The notes under the pieces are model-generated. The model saw only the letters and a program-made list of their open reading frames with translations. It made no database searches and was not told the origin of the DNA. Positions 47,013 to 56,578 of a DNA stretch of 64,000 bases are shown here, in pieces; the first letter of the stretch is position 1, and each line of letters starts with the position of its first letter. Source of the DNA: a virus; IMG/VR virus record IMGVR_UViG_3300020175_001039, positions 1 to 64,000 of that record, one strand, 5' to 3'. A program made the translations under genes and the position numbers.

Positions 47013-47486
47013 CTAATCCCAGAGATTTTCAAAATAAGTCCCGAACAAACGGAAACCATTGCTCATGCGATCTTGGTGGGCTTTTGCACCTTCACTATCC
47101 CATTTGTTATAGTCGTAATCTTCCATCCAATCGTCACGACACTTTTGTTCGAACGCCCAGATCATTTCATCCATGATCCAGTCCCAACGTTCAAAGAACT
47201 TAGGGTCAGAATCACCGTTTTTGCCGTATGCGTCCAGTTGCTTTTTAGTAGCACGTAGTTCTCGTGGAACATCTTTCATGTCTACCATAGGAGCACCATG
47301 CTTTGTAGCTCTTAGCTGTACAAGCATAGGCAATATGATAGGTGCAAGAGTATGATCCATACTCCAAGTATCATAGTCGTGAATCTTTATACTCGTTCGT
47401 TGCTGTTGACTATAACCAAACCAGCGGTACAACCAGTTGTGATAGAACCTATGTTTAGGATAATCGCTGATATAAACTTTCATCAC
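47013..47486 (-). CDS. Hypothetical phage protein
   Basis: ORF in operon. Confidence 0.65.
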   Translation of the reverse strand: MMKVYISDYPKHRFYHNWLYRWFGYSQQQRTSIKIHDYDTWSMDHTLAPIILPMLVQLRATKHGAPMVDMKDVPRELRATKKQLDAYGKNGDSDPKFFERWDWIMDEMIWAFEQKCRDDWMEDYDYNKWDSEGAKAHQDRMSNGFRLFGTYFENLWD

Positions 47487-47794
47487 GATCCCTCATAGCT
47501 AATAGTGCGACCAGTGTCTTCATAAATCATTGACCAACCACATCCATATGCAGGGACAATTTCTACAAACTGCGGCATCTGATTATCATCTTTAGGTCCA
47601 TGACCACCAGACAAGAAATATGCACCACTCATTTCTGGTGTTGCGTGTTTAAAACGATTACGCTCACGTGCATAGATTTCAAGACCTTTGCGCAGTTTTT
47701 CGTTCTCTGCTTCCAGTTCAACAATCTTAGCCTCAGCCTCAAGCCACGCATCGAGCACCTTCGGGGTCTCCGCCTCTGCCTGCTCATCACTCAT
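47483..47794 (-). CDS. Hypothetical protein
   Basis: AAGGAG RBS. Confidence 0.65.
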   Translation of the reverse strand: MSDEQAEAETPKVLDAWLEAEAKIVELEAENEKLRKGLEIYARERNRFKHATPEMSGAYFLSGGHGPKDDNQMPQFVEIVPAYGCGWSMIYEDTGRTISYEGS

Positions 47795-47812
47795 CTTTCT
47801 TCTCCTTTAACA

Positions 47813-48025
47813 TTAATCCACCAAAGTGTTCTTAAGTTCTTTCAGAACCTGCTCTAGTTTCTCTACATCTGCGTTACGACAAGAAGAGATTCGATTAGGA
47901 CGAAAGACCCTACCTTCATTTGTCTCTTCGGTTTTGTCAAGAAGTTCAAACAGCTCTTTAATGAGAGTCTTCGTTTTTTCCAGATCCATCAATAGACCTT
48001 CTTCGTATAATTCCCGATCATTCAC
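47813..48025 (-). CDS. Hypothetical protein
   Basis: GTG start overlapping stop of an 11-aa upstream ORF. Confidence 0.5.
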   Translation of the reverse strand: MNDRELYEEGLLMDLEKTKTLIKELFELLDKTEETNEGRVFRPNRISSCRNADVEKLEQVLKELKNTLVD

Positions 48026-48091
48026 CGTCTTGTCCTTTAAGTTCTGTTGACATCTTGTTGCCCTCTTTGTTAACTTCTTCTAGTACGTTCC

Positions 48092-48120
48092 AGCTTAATG
48101 TATCTAGAAAGAAATGTCAA
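48092..48120 (-). promoter_or_regulatory. sigma70-type promoter
   Basis: TTGACA-17-TAAGCT; TTCTAGAT in spacer. Confidence 0.5.
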
Positions 48121-48136
48121 CGGTTAATTTTATATC

Positions 48137-48592
48137 TTACTTAAAAGCCTTGCCAAATCCCTCAACATATAAATGATCATATTGCTCGAACCTGTATATA
48201 TTAAAATCTCCAAACATACCATACATTGTAGCACCTTTGTCCAATTTGTCAAATTCTATTAACATGTTTTTATATTGTTCTGAATTTTTATTATCATTAT
48301 ACGGCACGGGGTATAATTTCCCCATCACAGTATATCGTGGATTATTTAATCGTGTACCATGCTTTTCTACAGAAGCAAAATAGATACTAACACGTTTACT
48401 TATGTCCTGAATATTTCTAGTATGCTCGCTTAAATCACTTAGTAGCAAATAAATCTCACCATTTACTACTGCAGGCATTACCTTGGATACATGTGGAAAT
48501 CGTTCACCAGTAGTTGCCAATGCTGCTTGTTGGAAATTTTCCATCAAATCATTAATCTTAAACTGTGTCTCTGTATCAATTTCGTGGTACAT
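48137..48592 (-). CDS. Pyridoxamine 5'-phosphate oxidase/HugZ-like split-barrel protein
   Basis: LAT...PHVS...LSDLSEHTRNI...YVEGFGKA. Confidence 0.7.
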   Translation of the reverse strand: MYHEIDTETQFKINDLMENFQQAALATTGERFPHVSKVMPAVVNGEIYLLLSDLSEHTRNIQDISKRVSIYFASVEKHGTRLNNPRYTVMGKLYPVPYNDNKNSEQYKNMLIEFDKLDKGATMYGMFGDFNIYRFEQYDHLYVEGFGKAFK

Positions 48593-49158
48593 TATTTGCC
48601 TTCCCAATGCGCATGGCAACGTGGCTCATATTTGTCTGCGCCGCCGACATTTACTCGACCGCCGCCAGTACTTAATCGCTGTGTTTTACTGGCGCTCTGG
48701 CCGCATACATTACAAAATGCTGTGATCTTTTCAATATCATCTGCCAGCGCCAACATGCGGGCAGTTGTGTCAAACGGTACACCGCGGCTGTCCTGGTCCA
48801 GTCCCGCACATACAAAGTTAACGCCTTCGCGGAGGCCTTCCTCCACAAACCACAGTGTTTCTTTTGGATCAAAAAACTGAACTTCATCAATAAAAATAGT
48901 ATGAAAGTTATAAGGCTTGATTGTATAATTGTCTTTTACAAGTTCTAAATCAATCACGGAAACTGCCTCATGTTTTAGTTGGTTATGTGTTACGATACTG
49001 TTGGGATCATATCTATCATCAATTACTGGCTTTAGTACTAAGACTTTGTTGCCGCCGTGTTCAAGAAAAAGTAGACGCTTTAACAGCGCACTACTCTTTC
49101 CTGCAAACATTGGACCAGCTATAACTTCTAACTGTCCTCTTTTGTATGTTGAACTCAT
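48592..49158 (-). CDS. tdk: Thymidine kinase
   Basis: GPMFAGKS, IDEVQF, AGLD, CNVC...C..H zinc site. Confidence 0.93.
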   Translation of the reverse strand: MSSTYKRGQLEVIAGPMFAGKSSALLKRLLFLEHGGNKVLVLKPVIDDRYDPNSIVTHNQLKHEAVSVIDLELVKDNYTIKPYNFHTIFIDEVQFFDPKETLWFVEEGLREGVNFVCAGLDQDSRGVPFDTTARMLALADDIEKITAFCNVCGQSASKTQRLSTGGGRVNVGGADKYEPRCHAHWEGK

Positions 49159-51812
49159 TAAAATTGTACCTTAAAGTTTACACCAATCGACCCTGATGTA
49201 TTTCCTGAAATGCTACCTGCATTGTCTGTGAAGCTAGCATATGTACCAACACCTGCATTGTCGTTAAATGCATAATCGTAACCAAATCCAACAGTAAGCT
49301 CACGTGATGCATTTTCAAGGCTGGATGACATGTTCATAGTCTCAATGTCTCCGGTTGCGCTAACGCCGCTAGCAACTTCAAAATTTCCGTTACCATTTGC
49401 AATTGCTACTGGAAGAGCTGCACTAAGACTAAACATTCCTTTGCCTACCATTTGGCGGACACCAACAGTTGCACTATTGCTAACCAAAGTGTCTGCTGAC
49501 TTCATCATTGCACTACTATTTACATCCAGTGTTGTTAAACCAATTGTTGCGTTGCCATAAAAGGTAGTGTTACCTTGTGAAAATTCTGCTTCGTAACCAG
49601 CATATACTGTTGTGGCACCATCAACATCAATCATCATGTTATCAGCAACGTTGCCTAGAAATGTTTCATTTTCACTCATTACTCCTACTTGAACACCGTC
49701 AAAATTTACTTCAACGCCATTTGCCATTTCACCAAAACTAACATTTACATTTTCCATCGGCACAGTAACATTTGTCATTGCGCTATAGCTTGTCAACGAC
49801 GCGGCGCCTGCGTTCATGTTGTTGCCGTCAATATAGAAGTCACGATCATAATCATCAACCACCATCATATTGCCCAGTGCGCTGATACTGGCACCTGCAA
49901 TGTTCATAGTACCAACACTAGCAACACTTGTTGATGACCCATCAATACGTCCAGTTGTTGGAATTCCAATTACGCCCTGTGGGCTAGTTGCTTCAGCCAA
50001 ATCCAACAATCCCTGACCATGTACATTTTCATTGTAATTAAAAATTTCGTCAGTGCTTGCTGTATCCAACAATAGGTTAGTCAAGTTAGCACCTGTCATA
50101 TGCGGCCACATCTGGTGTATTACTGCCACTGCACCTGATACTGTGGGAGCTGCCATTGAGGTACCGCTGAGAGTACGATACTCTCCGTTGTTATCTGCAC
50201 TCATCACATACTGTCCTGGCGCCATAATATAACGATCACTAATACGCTTATCATTATTACAAGTAGATGTAGCTTCATTAAAATCGTAGCACACGGTGCC
50301 TGCTGCATTTGAACTGGATGCCAGAGCGTTTGAGCGTAGGTCATAGTTACCAACCACCAACACACGTTCGCCAACTTCATCATCCAATGCAATCTTTGTA
50401 GGCTGTCCTGCGAAATCCAAACCTTGGTTGCCTGCAGATAGTACCATTACCAACTCATTGCCTTTCATCGCAGTTACAGTATCACCATAGTACGCCGGGC
50501 TTGAATACATGTTAGCATATCCATTATTGTCATATGAAACACCATTACGTCCACGAGTATCGTTGGAACGGAAGACGCCGTCGGCAATTTCTGTCATGCT
50601 GTTCTTGTAAGTGGCGTCTACATTGTAGTTTGCACTGATGTTAACAACATCCGCACCGTTGTCTACTGCCCATTCAATAGCCTCGTCAACTACAGTAAAG
50701 TCAAAGAACCCACTGTTGTATGCTGTCTTAGCAATCAGCAGGTCTGCATCATAAGCGACACCAGTTGATCCATTACCGTCTAAATTACCAGCTGCAATAC
50801 CTGCAACGTGTGTACCATGTGAGTTACGATTTTCGTCTTGCACAGTTGCATAACCAGCTGAACATTCACGTGTAAAGCATTTTGTGCCGGCAATGCTGTC
50901 CTCAAACTCAACATGATCTAGGTCGATACCAGAGTCTAAAATAGCAATAGTAGAGCCTTTGCCTGTCCAACCACGTGCCCATGCTTCTGGAGCGCCAATT
51001 GCTGGCAAGTTACCAGCATATGGTTGCATAGCAGTATTAATATAGTCAGGATTAATTCTGGCATTCATATTAAGAACTGCTGATTGATATGCTTCACTTG
51101 CAGAATAGTCGACATCATCACGTGCCATATATTCTTCAACAGTTAGAACTTGTGATACTGTGTTATTTACTGGAGTATCTTCTACTACCACCGCAGTCTG
51201 ACGAATCAGTTCACGTGTTACTTTTGTTTCTGTTTCATCCACTGTGTCATTTGACGTAACTTTAACTTGGTTGCTTGTTTGGCGATCGCCATCACTGTAT
51301 ACCTTGACTGTTGTAGTCACAGTGTAAAGTATTGTGTTTACTGGAGTTGTTAATACTTTTGTGTTTACTGCATATTCATTAATGAACTCAGCAGTTGTTT
51401 CAATCTCAACAGTATCTACATCACTAGTTACCGCCGTGGGGCGGCGGCGCACTATTGAACGATCTTCAGTAGTAACAATGGTATCAATTAATGTAGTTTT
51501 TGGAGCTGCGTTTGCGTCCAGTAAGCTCTTGAATTTTGCAATTTCAGATACTTGGAACGTATACCGACGTTTCATATTATCATACCAACTATGCCCAGCA
51601 AACTGAGAATATTTGTTAATGAAATTTGAATATGCTTTGTTGCTGCGCTCAAGATTGCGGATCATACTATTAGCAAAATTAATCTGCTGTGCTGGTTTCC
51701 ACTTTTGTGCCATATTGTAATAGCTTTTAAATTCTGAAGCAGTTGCAGTAAGCGGGATGGCACTCAGGGCTAACGCACTAACTGTAGCAATAAGAGTTTT
51801 TTTGATATCCAT
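49158..51812 (-). CDS. Secreted S8 (subtilisin) serine protease with probable C-terminal beta-barrel
   Basis: Signal peptide; LDSGID, HGTHVAG, SAGN, GTSMAAP; HGQGLLDL; ends NFKVQF. Confidence 0.88.
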   Translation of the reverse strand: MDIKKTLIATVSALALSAIPLTATASEFKSYYNMAQKWKPAQQINFANSMIRNLERSNKAYSNFINKYSQFAGHSWYDNMKRRYTFQVSEIAKFKSLLDANAAPKTTLIDTIVTTEDRSIVRRRPTAVTSDVDTVEIETTAEFINEYAVNTKVLTTPVNTILYTVTTTVKVYSDGDRQTSNQVKVTSNDTVDETETKVTRELIRQTAVVVEDTPVNNTVSQVLTVEEYMARDDVDYSASEAYQSAVLNMNARINPDYINTAMQPYAGNLPAIGAPEAWARGWTGKGSTIAILDSGIDLDHVEFEDSIAGTKCFTRECSAGYATVQDENRNSHGTHVAGIAAGNLDGNGSTGVAYDADLLIAKTAYNSGFFDFTVVDEAIEWAVDNGADVVNISANYNVDATYKNSMTEIADGVFRSNDTRGRNGVSYDNNGYANMYSSPAYYGDTVTAMKGNELVMVLSAGNQGLDFAGQPTKIALDDEVGERVLVVGNYDLRSNALASSSNAAGTVCYDFNEATSTCNNDKRISDRYIMAPGQYVMSADNNGEYRTLSGTSMAAPTVSGAVAVIHQMWPHMTGANLTNLLLDTASTDEIFNYNENVHGQGLLDLAEATSPQGVIGIPTTGRIDGSSTSVASVGTMNIAGASISALGNMMVVDDYDRDFYIDGNNMNAGAASLTSYSAMTNVTVPMENVNVSFGEMANGVEVNFDGVQVGVMSENETFLGNVADNMMIDVDGATTVYAGYEAEFSQGNTTFYGNATIGLTTLDVNSSAMMKSADTLVSNSATVGVRQMVGKGMFSLSAALPVAIANGNGNFEVASGVSATGDIETMNMSSSLENASRELTVGFGYDYAFNDNAGVGTYASFTDNAGSISGNTSGSIGVNFKVQF

Positions 51813-51843
51813 TATGTTGTCCTCTTTGTTAACTTACTCATAT

Positions 51844-51872
51844 AATATAGCAGTAAGACATCTTGATGTCAA
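51844..51872 (-). promoter_or_regulatory. sigma70-type promoter with operator-like spacer
   Basis: TTGACA-17-TATATT; spacer TCAAGATGTCTTACTGC similar to 33564-33580. Confidence 0.65.
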
Positions 51873-51873
51873 G

Positions 51874-51903
51874 AAAAAAGCGAACAATAAAATCGTTCGC
51901 TTT
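51874..51903 (-). terminator. Intrinsic terminator (repeat of 32505-32529)
   Basis: AAAGCGAAC-9 nt-GTTCGC-T6. Confidence 0.6.
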
Positions 51904-51922
51904 CAATGGGTTGTAATTTTTA

Positions 51923-52324
51923 TCACTGTAAATCTAATTGTTCTTGCACAGTTAAAATAAAATTTCCCATAGCAACCACACATGCTATATTATTTTCTGG
52001 CTGTAACAGCACAACTGCATATGAAAATGTTTGTGGGTGTCTTACAATAACAATCGAGCTAAATGGATCTCCTGGAATATAATCAGGAGTTTTTCGACCA
52101 CCTGCCCACAATACTAAACCCTGTGCATCCAGCATTTCACGAACGTATGTTGATGTTCCGCACATCATTGTTCTGGGCACAGCCACGAGTGGAGTTTCAT
52201 CAGGCGTGGGCTCGGTTGTTTCTGGTACTATAGGATTTAATGGCTGTATTGGCATCGTTTGAGAAAATGCGGATGAAGCAGTAAACGTTAAAAGTACCAA
52301 TAGATAAAGTTTTAAGTTTTTCAA
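51923..52324 (-). CDS. Hypothetical exported protein
   Basis: TTG start after AAGGA; signal-peptide-like N-terminus. Confidence 0.55.
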   Translation of the reverse strand: MKNLKLYLLVLLTFTASSAFSQTMPIQPLNPIVPETTEPTPDETPLVAVPRTMMCGTSTYVREMLDAQGLVLWAGGRKTPDYIPGDPFSSIVIVRHPQTFSYAVVLLQPENNIACVVAMGNFILTVQEQLDLQ

Positions 52325-52334
52325 AATATATTCC

Positions 52335-52904
52335 TTACAGATTTTCATAAAATTCCCAACCAGATGACTTAGTGCGGGTGTCAATATCATCGCTATCTAT
52401 AGCTTGTCCGTCATATTCTATACTATCAATTACCACATCACCATCAATGTTAGTTGCAGAAAATACCAGTTTGTCCGGATCAAATTTATCTGTTTCAATT
52501 TCCGCAGTGAAAAAGTTTCCTTTTTCAGTCTGCCATATTTTAATATAATATCCAGCTTCCTGCTCTTCTGGATCAATGATTGAAGTACTCTTAATTGCTG
52601 GCTCATCACATTCCCATATTTCTTGGTCATCTTCATCCAGTACAATTACTACACACTTTTCTGAAAAGGCACCGTAAGAATGTTCAATATCATCATTCTC
52701 ATACCAATTTCCTAGAAATCGTGGATCAGATTCGTCAGTAACTTCATTGCCTTCTTCAGCTTCGTATGGATCCCAGAACAAATGGTTAGCTAGTCCACTA
52801 TCATCTTCATCTTTAATACTCCAGTAATCATAGGCTTGTTTGGTGATTGCGCCAAGTACCATCTCTGTACCCCAACCATTAATTTGTATAGTATATGTTG
52901 CCAT
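52335..52904 (-). CDS. Hypothetical acidic phage protein
   Basis: ORF in operon. Confidence 0.65.
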   Translation of the reverse strand: MATYTIQINGWGTEMVLGAITKQAYDYWSIKDEDDSGLANHLFWDPYEAEEGNEVTDESDPRFLGNWYENDDIEHSYGAFSEKCVVIVLDEDDQEIWECDEPAIKSTSIIDPEEQEAGYYIKIWQTEKGNFFTAEIETDKFDPDKLVFSATNIDGDVVIDSIEYDGQAIDSDDIDTRTKSSGWEFYENL

Positions 52905-52906
52905 GG

Positions 52907-53242
52907 TTACTTTCCACCCAGCTTGTTCAGAAATCTTTTTTGTTCAACCCTCTTTTCAAGATCATATTCAACATTGAAATCTTTCTTTATTACCATGTCA
53001 GCAATAATTTCACTAAGAGCTTCGATTTGCATTTTTTGTTCTTTAAGGGTTTCAAGTAATTTAATAGTTTCACAATCTTGATTAATTGTAATTTCTCCAT
53101 TAAATGTCACGTCGTTTGAAAAAGTATCTGTCAAAGTTATAGTATCGCACTCATGACCAGTAACGCTGATTACACTGTGGGTAGCGTCAAAAATTAAATC
53201 GTCTATTTCATCTATGTCAATGCTGAGTTTAGAAGTTTCCAT
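52907..53242 (-). CDS. Hypothetical protein
   Basis: ORF in operon. Confidence 0.55.
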   Translation of the reverse strand: METSKLSIDIDEIDDLIFDATHSVISVTGHECDTITLTDTFSNDVTFNGEITINQDCETIKLLETLKEQKMQIEALSEIIADMVIKKDFNVEYDLEKRVEQKRFLNKLGGK

Positions 53243-53804
53243 AATCTCTCTCACCTTCCCAAGGGAATACTACCCAAACATCACGTTCGCTTTTGTCCAG
53301 TTCCATTGCAGTGTAATCGACATCACCAAACGCACTGCCCACATTATCCATTAATGTTGCAAATTTAACATTGTTGCCCCACACTGAGTCCCAAGCATTA
53401 TCCTCGTTAGGGAAACAACTAGATCTCCAATCATCTTTAATCCATTGCATTGTTTTGCCGCTGTCATTAATATCATCAAAAATTAATATATTTTTACGAA
53501 GTTTAATATCCCAACGAGCGCCAGTGATGCCAGTTTTTTCTGTATCGTTATATCCAAATGCCTCTTCGCTCATCCAGCAATTGCTTTCAGGACCATTTAG
53601 TCCCTCATTATCTCGAAAACGTACATCTAATGTGTGCATTGGAATGCCTGTTAGATTTGACATAATTACTGAAGGAACCAATCCTCCACGTGTAAGTCCA
53701 ACAATATAATCTGGTCGCCAATTATCGGCATACATCAAATTGTTAATTGTATGAATCATATGTTCTACATCTTTCCAGGTGTAGTGAACTTTATCAATGG
53801 CCAT
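53229..53804 (-). CDS. Type I phosphoribosyltransferase (xanthine/guanine PRT-like)
   Basis: IVGLTRGGL, ILIFDDINDSGKT PRPP loop, WVVFPWE. Confidence 0.85.
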   Translation of the reverse strand: MAIDKVHYTWKDVEHMIHTINNLMYADNWRPDYIVGLTRGGLVPSVIMSNLTGIPMHTLDVRFRDNEGLNGPESNCWMSEEAFGYNDTEKTGITGARWDIKLRKNILIFDDINDSGKTMQWIKDDWRSSCFPNEDNAWDSVWGNNVKFATLMDNVGSAFGDVDYTAMELDKSERDVWVVFPWEGERDYGNF

Positions 53805-54007
53805 TATGATTTACCTCCTGCCAAATAATTTACACTTTGTCTAATTTCACTTACTACTAATGATTTAGGTTCAGTATATGAATGTGTACCCGCAAATTCA
53901 GCACGAACATACACATCGTTAGCTTGCAACTTTGCCCAAGTTGCATTAAGGTCTTTAATTTGTTTCTCAAATTCCTTGACTAGCTTTGTTACTTTTGGAT
54001 CAATCAT
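53804..54007 (-). CDS. Hypothetical protein
   Basis: Coupled ORF between folE and PRTase. Confidence 0.6.
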   Translation of the reverse strand: MIDPKVTKLVKEFEKQIKDLNATWAKLQANDVYVRAEFAGTHSYTEPKSLVVSEIRQSVNYLAGGKS

Positions 54008-54690
54008 CTCGGTGCAAACTCCTGTTGTAATTTAATATTATCAAAAAACTCTTGCTTACATGCTGGATCTTTGATAAAAGTACCGTTGAGTACAGTTGTT
54101 TGTGTTAATGAACTGTGTGCCATAATGCCACGATTTTCACAACAGCCGTGTGTTGCTTGAATGTAAACACCCACGTCTTCACTATCAGTTGCTTTTATAA
54201 TCTCACGCATAATATCATTGCACAGTTCTTCCTGTAGTGTGCCACGTCTTGCACACCACTGTGCAATGCGTGTATACTTTGAAAGTCCGATGACTTTCTC
54301 ACCTGGAATGATACCAATATACGCAACACCGCTCACTGGTTGGTGATGATGACTACACATTGATTTAAGCTCGCTACGAACTACCAACATGCCTTTGTAT
54401 GCAGTACCATTGTCGTTTGGAAATGCAGTTGCAGTGGGTGGGGGCTCATATCGTCCTGCCATAATCTCATTAAAGTACATCTTGGCCAAGCGGCGAGCTG
54501 TGCCTTGTGAGTTAGGATCATTTTCGCGATCAATTAGCAGAGCGTCTAGTACACTTTCAAATGCTACTGTAGCATCTTCGATAAGTTCTTCCTTATCGCC
54601 ATTCTGTAATACTTCAGAAATGTTATCGCCTGCCCAATGGCGGATATTTGCATCTTGCAAACGTTGTTTAATCTGGGAAGTCTTTGTCAT
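54004..54690 (-). CDS. folE: GTP cyclohydrolase I
   Basis: SMCSHH, IGLSK..R, QEEL, HGCC..RG. Confidence 0.95.
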   Translation of the reverse strand: MTKTSQIKQRLQDANIRHWAGDNISEVLQNGDKEELIEDATVAFESVLDALLIDRENDPNSQGTARRLAKMYFNEIMAGRYEPPPTATAFPNDNGTAYKGMLVVRSELKSMCSHHHQPVSGVAYIGIIPGEKVIGLSKYTRIAQWCARRGTLQEELCNDIMREIIKATDSEDVGVYIQATHGCCENRGIMAHSSLTQTTVLNGTFIKDPACKQEFFDNIKLQQEFAPR

Positions 54691-54720
54691 ATACTATGTT
54701 CCTTTTATTTTATTACTACT

Positions 54721-54749
54721 ATTATATTATTATTTTCTTAGTTTGTCAA
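54721..54749 (-). promoter_or_regulatory. Consensus sigma70 promoter upstream of folE
   Basis: TTGACA-17-TATAAT exact. Confidence 0.75.
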
Positions 54750-55302
54750 CCAATAAGTCTAAGCTAATTGGCTTATAATTGATCTGCTCTACGCTAACTC
54801 CAATATATGGACCCTCGGGACTTGGGTTGCTATGCAGATGCCCATGTACGTTTGTGACAGTCATCCATTGTGATTGATCATATTTGTCTACGGCTCGGTC
54901 ACCATTTGCATATTTAGGTCTAATTAAACTACCAGCTTCAACAGGAACATGAGTTAACAACAACTCCAAGTCTTGCATTTGTTTCCACATGCTAATATTA
55001 GTAAACCAGCCTCCTGATGCCATTAGCGGAATATCATCATGGTTGCCTACGATTAGTTCACACGTACCGTTCAATCTATGGAAGTTTTGTTCCATCCATC
55101 GCTGTCTATCTTGTTGAACAAAATCACCCAAATGGATAACGTGATCATTAGGACCAACTACGCTATTCCAACTCTCAATCATAAAATCATCAATATGATC
55201 AACACTAGCAAACCCAGGACGGGTTAAGTTACCTTCCCAGTCAGTAAACCCCAACATTTCTGGAAAATTAAAATGGGTATCGCTGATTAGGAAAGTACTC
55301 AT
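54730..55302 (-). CDS. Calcineurin-like metallophosphoesterase
   Basis: SDTH, HLGD, GNHD, TH, HGHLH. Confidence 0.88.
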   Translation of the reverse strand: MSTFLISDTHFNFPEMLGFTDWEGNLTRPGFASVDHIDDFMIESWNSVVGPNDHVIHLGDFVQQDRQRWMEQNFHRLNGTCELIVGNHDDIPLMASGGWFTNISMWKQMQDLELLLTHVPVEAGSLIRPKYANGDRAVDKYDQSQWMTVTNVHGHLHSNPSPEGPYIGVSVEQINYKPISLDLLVDKLRK

Positions 55303-56366
55303 TATAGCCCTAGAAGTTTATCCACCATAACAGTTGCATTCAAGTAACTGTCCATTAGGATATTTTGTTGTTTGTTAACCAGTTCCGCATATTCATCATA
55401 ATTGTCAATACGCTCCTGGATAAATGCTACCAAGTTATCTTTATTACGAACATATGAGTCATAATTTTCAGTCCACTCACTTGGGTATTTGAATTCTGGC
55501 AAATACATTTCAGCATAGCTACACCGATCCGGCAATACTGGAATTGCACCTGTTAGTACCGCTTCCATTACGCTGATACCCAAATTCTCGTGCAATGCAC
55601 AACTAAAGATTACTTTGCTGGTTGCCATTACATCATAATACGCATCTTTATCCAAGTCCATTTTTTGTGTAATAACCATGTCAAAATCGTTACTGAGATC
55701 TTCTGCAATGTCAGGTTGCTTGTCTGCATTATAACGATGTGGCCACATTACCTTGTTGGTTTTCGTTCCACCCTGACGGTTAAGCAACGGCTCAATAATG
55801 AGTTCATGCGGCTGTCCACTGCGTATTGCCTTGCCTTCGTACTTTTCTGGAATGTCCAAGTTCTTGAGGAACATATTTTTGTGGCTATTGGTTGCAAAGT
55901 AATTATAATCACTGCTCATAAACCAACTTTGTTCTTGCAACCAAGGCCAAGGCTTGCTCATTTTGTATCCTAGGATGTCGCTTGGATCATAAGCGCCTGC
56001 ATGCCAAATACTGTGGATTTCGACTGGGATATCCAATAAGTCACTCATGTATTTGATAGGAGTAATAATAAAGTTCCAAGCGTCAGTAATCAAAAACTTG
56101 TCGCCCGCTTTGACTTTGCCGTTACTAAACATCTTGCTTACTGCGGTTGTTTGTGTTGACTTGTATACGTTAGTAGCACCAAAATCTAGGAACGCACCTT
56201 CAGTACGCTGTTCTGGAGCAAAGTCTTCACCATCAATTATTACAATTTGATAATCTAAACCTTCAACACCAATTCGTGCTGCCAATGTCTTGGGAATGTT
56301 ATCATACCACTGTTTAGTATAACGTTGATCTATTGGTTCGATTGGAATAATCCAAATAGTATTCAT
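55302..56366 (-). CDS. GT-B (GT4-like) glycosyltransferase
   Basis: WPHR...KQP, HENLGISVMEAV (E-x7-E). Confidence 0.75.
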   Translation of the reverse strand: MNTIWIIPIEPIDQRYTKQWYDNIPKTLAARIGVEGLDYQIVIIDGEDFAPEQRTEGAFLDFGATNVYKSTQTTAVSKMFSNGKVKAGDKFLITDAWNFIITPIKYMSDLLDIPVEIHSIWHAGAYDPSDILGYKMSKPWPWLQEQSWFMSSDYNYFATNSHKNMFLKNLDIPEKYEGKAIRSGQPHELIIEPLLNRQGGTKTNKVMWPHRYNADKQPDIAEDLSNDFDMVITQKMDLDKDAYYDVMATSKVIFSCALHENLGISVMEAVLTGAIPVLPDRCSYAEMYLPEFKYPSEWTENYDSYVRNKDNLVAFIQERIDNYDEYAELVNKQQNILMDSYLNATVMVDKLLGL

Positions 56367-56578
56367 TTCTTTTCCTTTTTTACTTTGTGTTTGTTTTTGA
56401 CTGGCGTTGTTACTTTCTTGTCATACCATCCCCAACGTTGTAGTAATGGTTCGACAGCATGCTCGACTTGTGATTCATTCCAGTTATAAAGTTTTTTGAG
56501 ATCTTTAAATAACTTATCTTTATCCGTATAGATACCCATCATGCTGACGATGTTTTTGTCAATTTCAATCCAGTTCAT
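56363..56578 (-). CDS. Hypothetical protein
   Basis: Coupled ORF. Confidence 0.55.
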   Translation of the reverse strand: MNWIEIDKNIVSMMGIYTDKDKLFKDLKKLYNWNESQVEHAVEPLLQRWGWYDKKVTTPVKNKHKVKKEKK

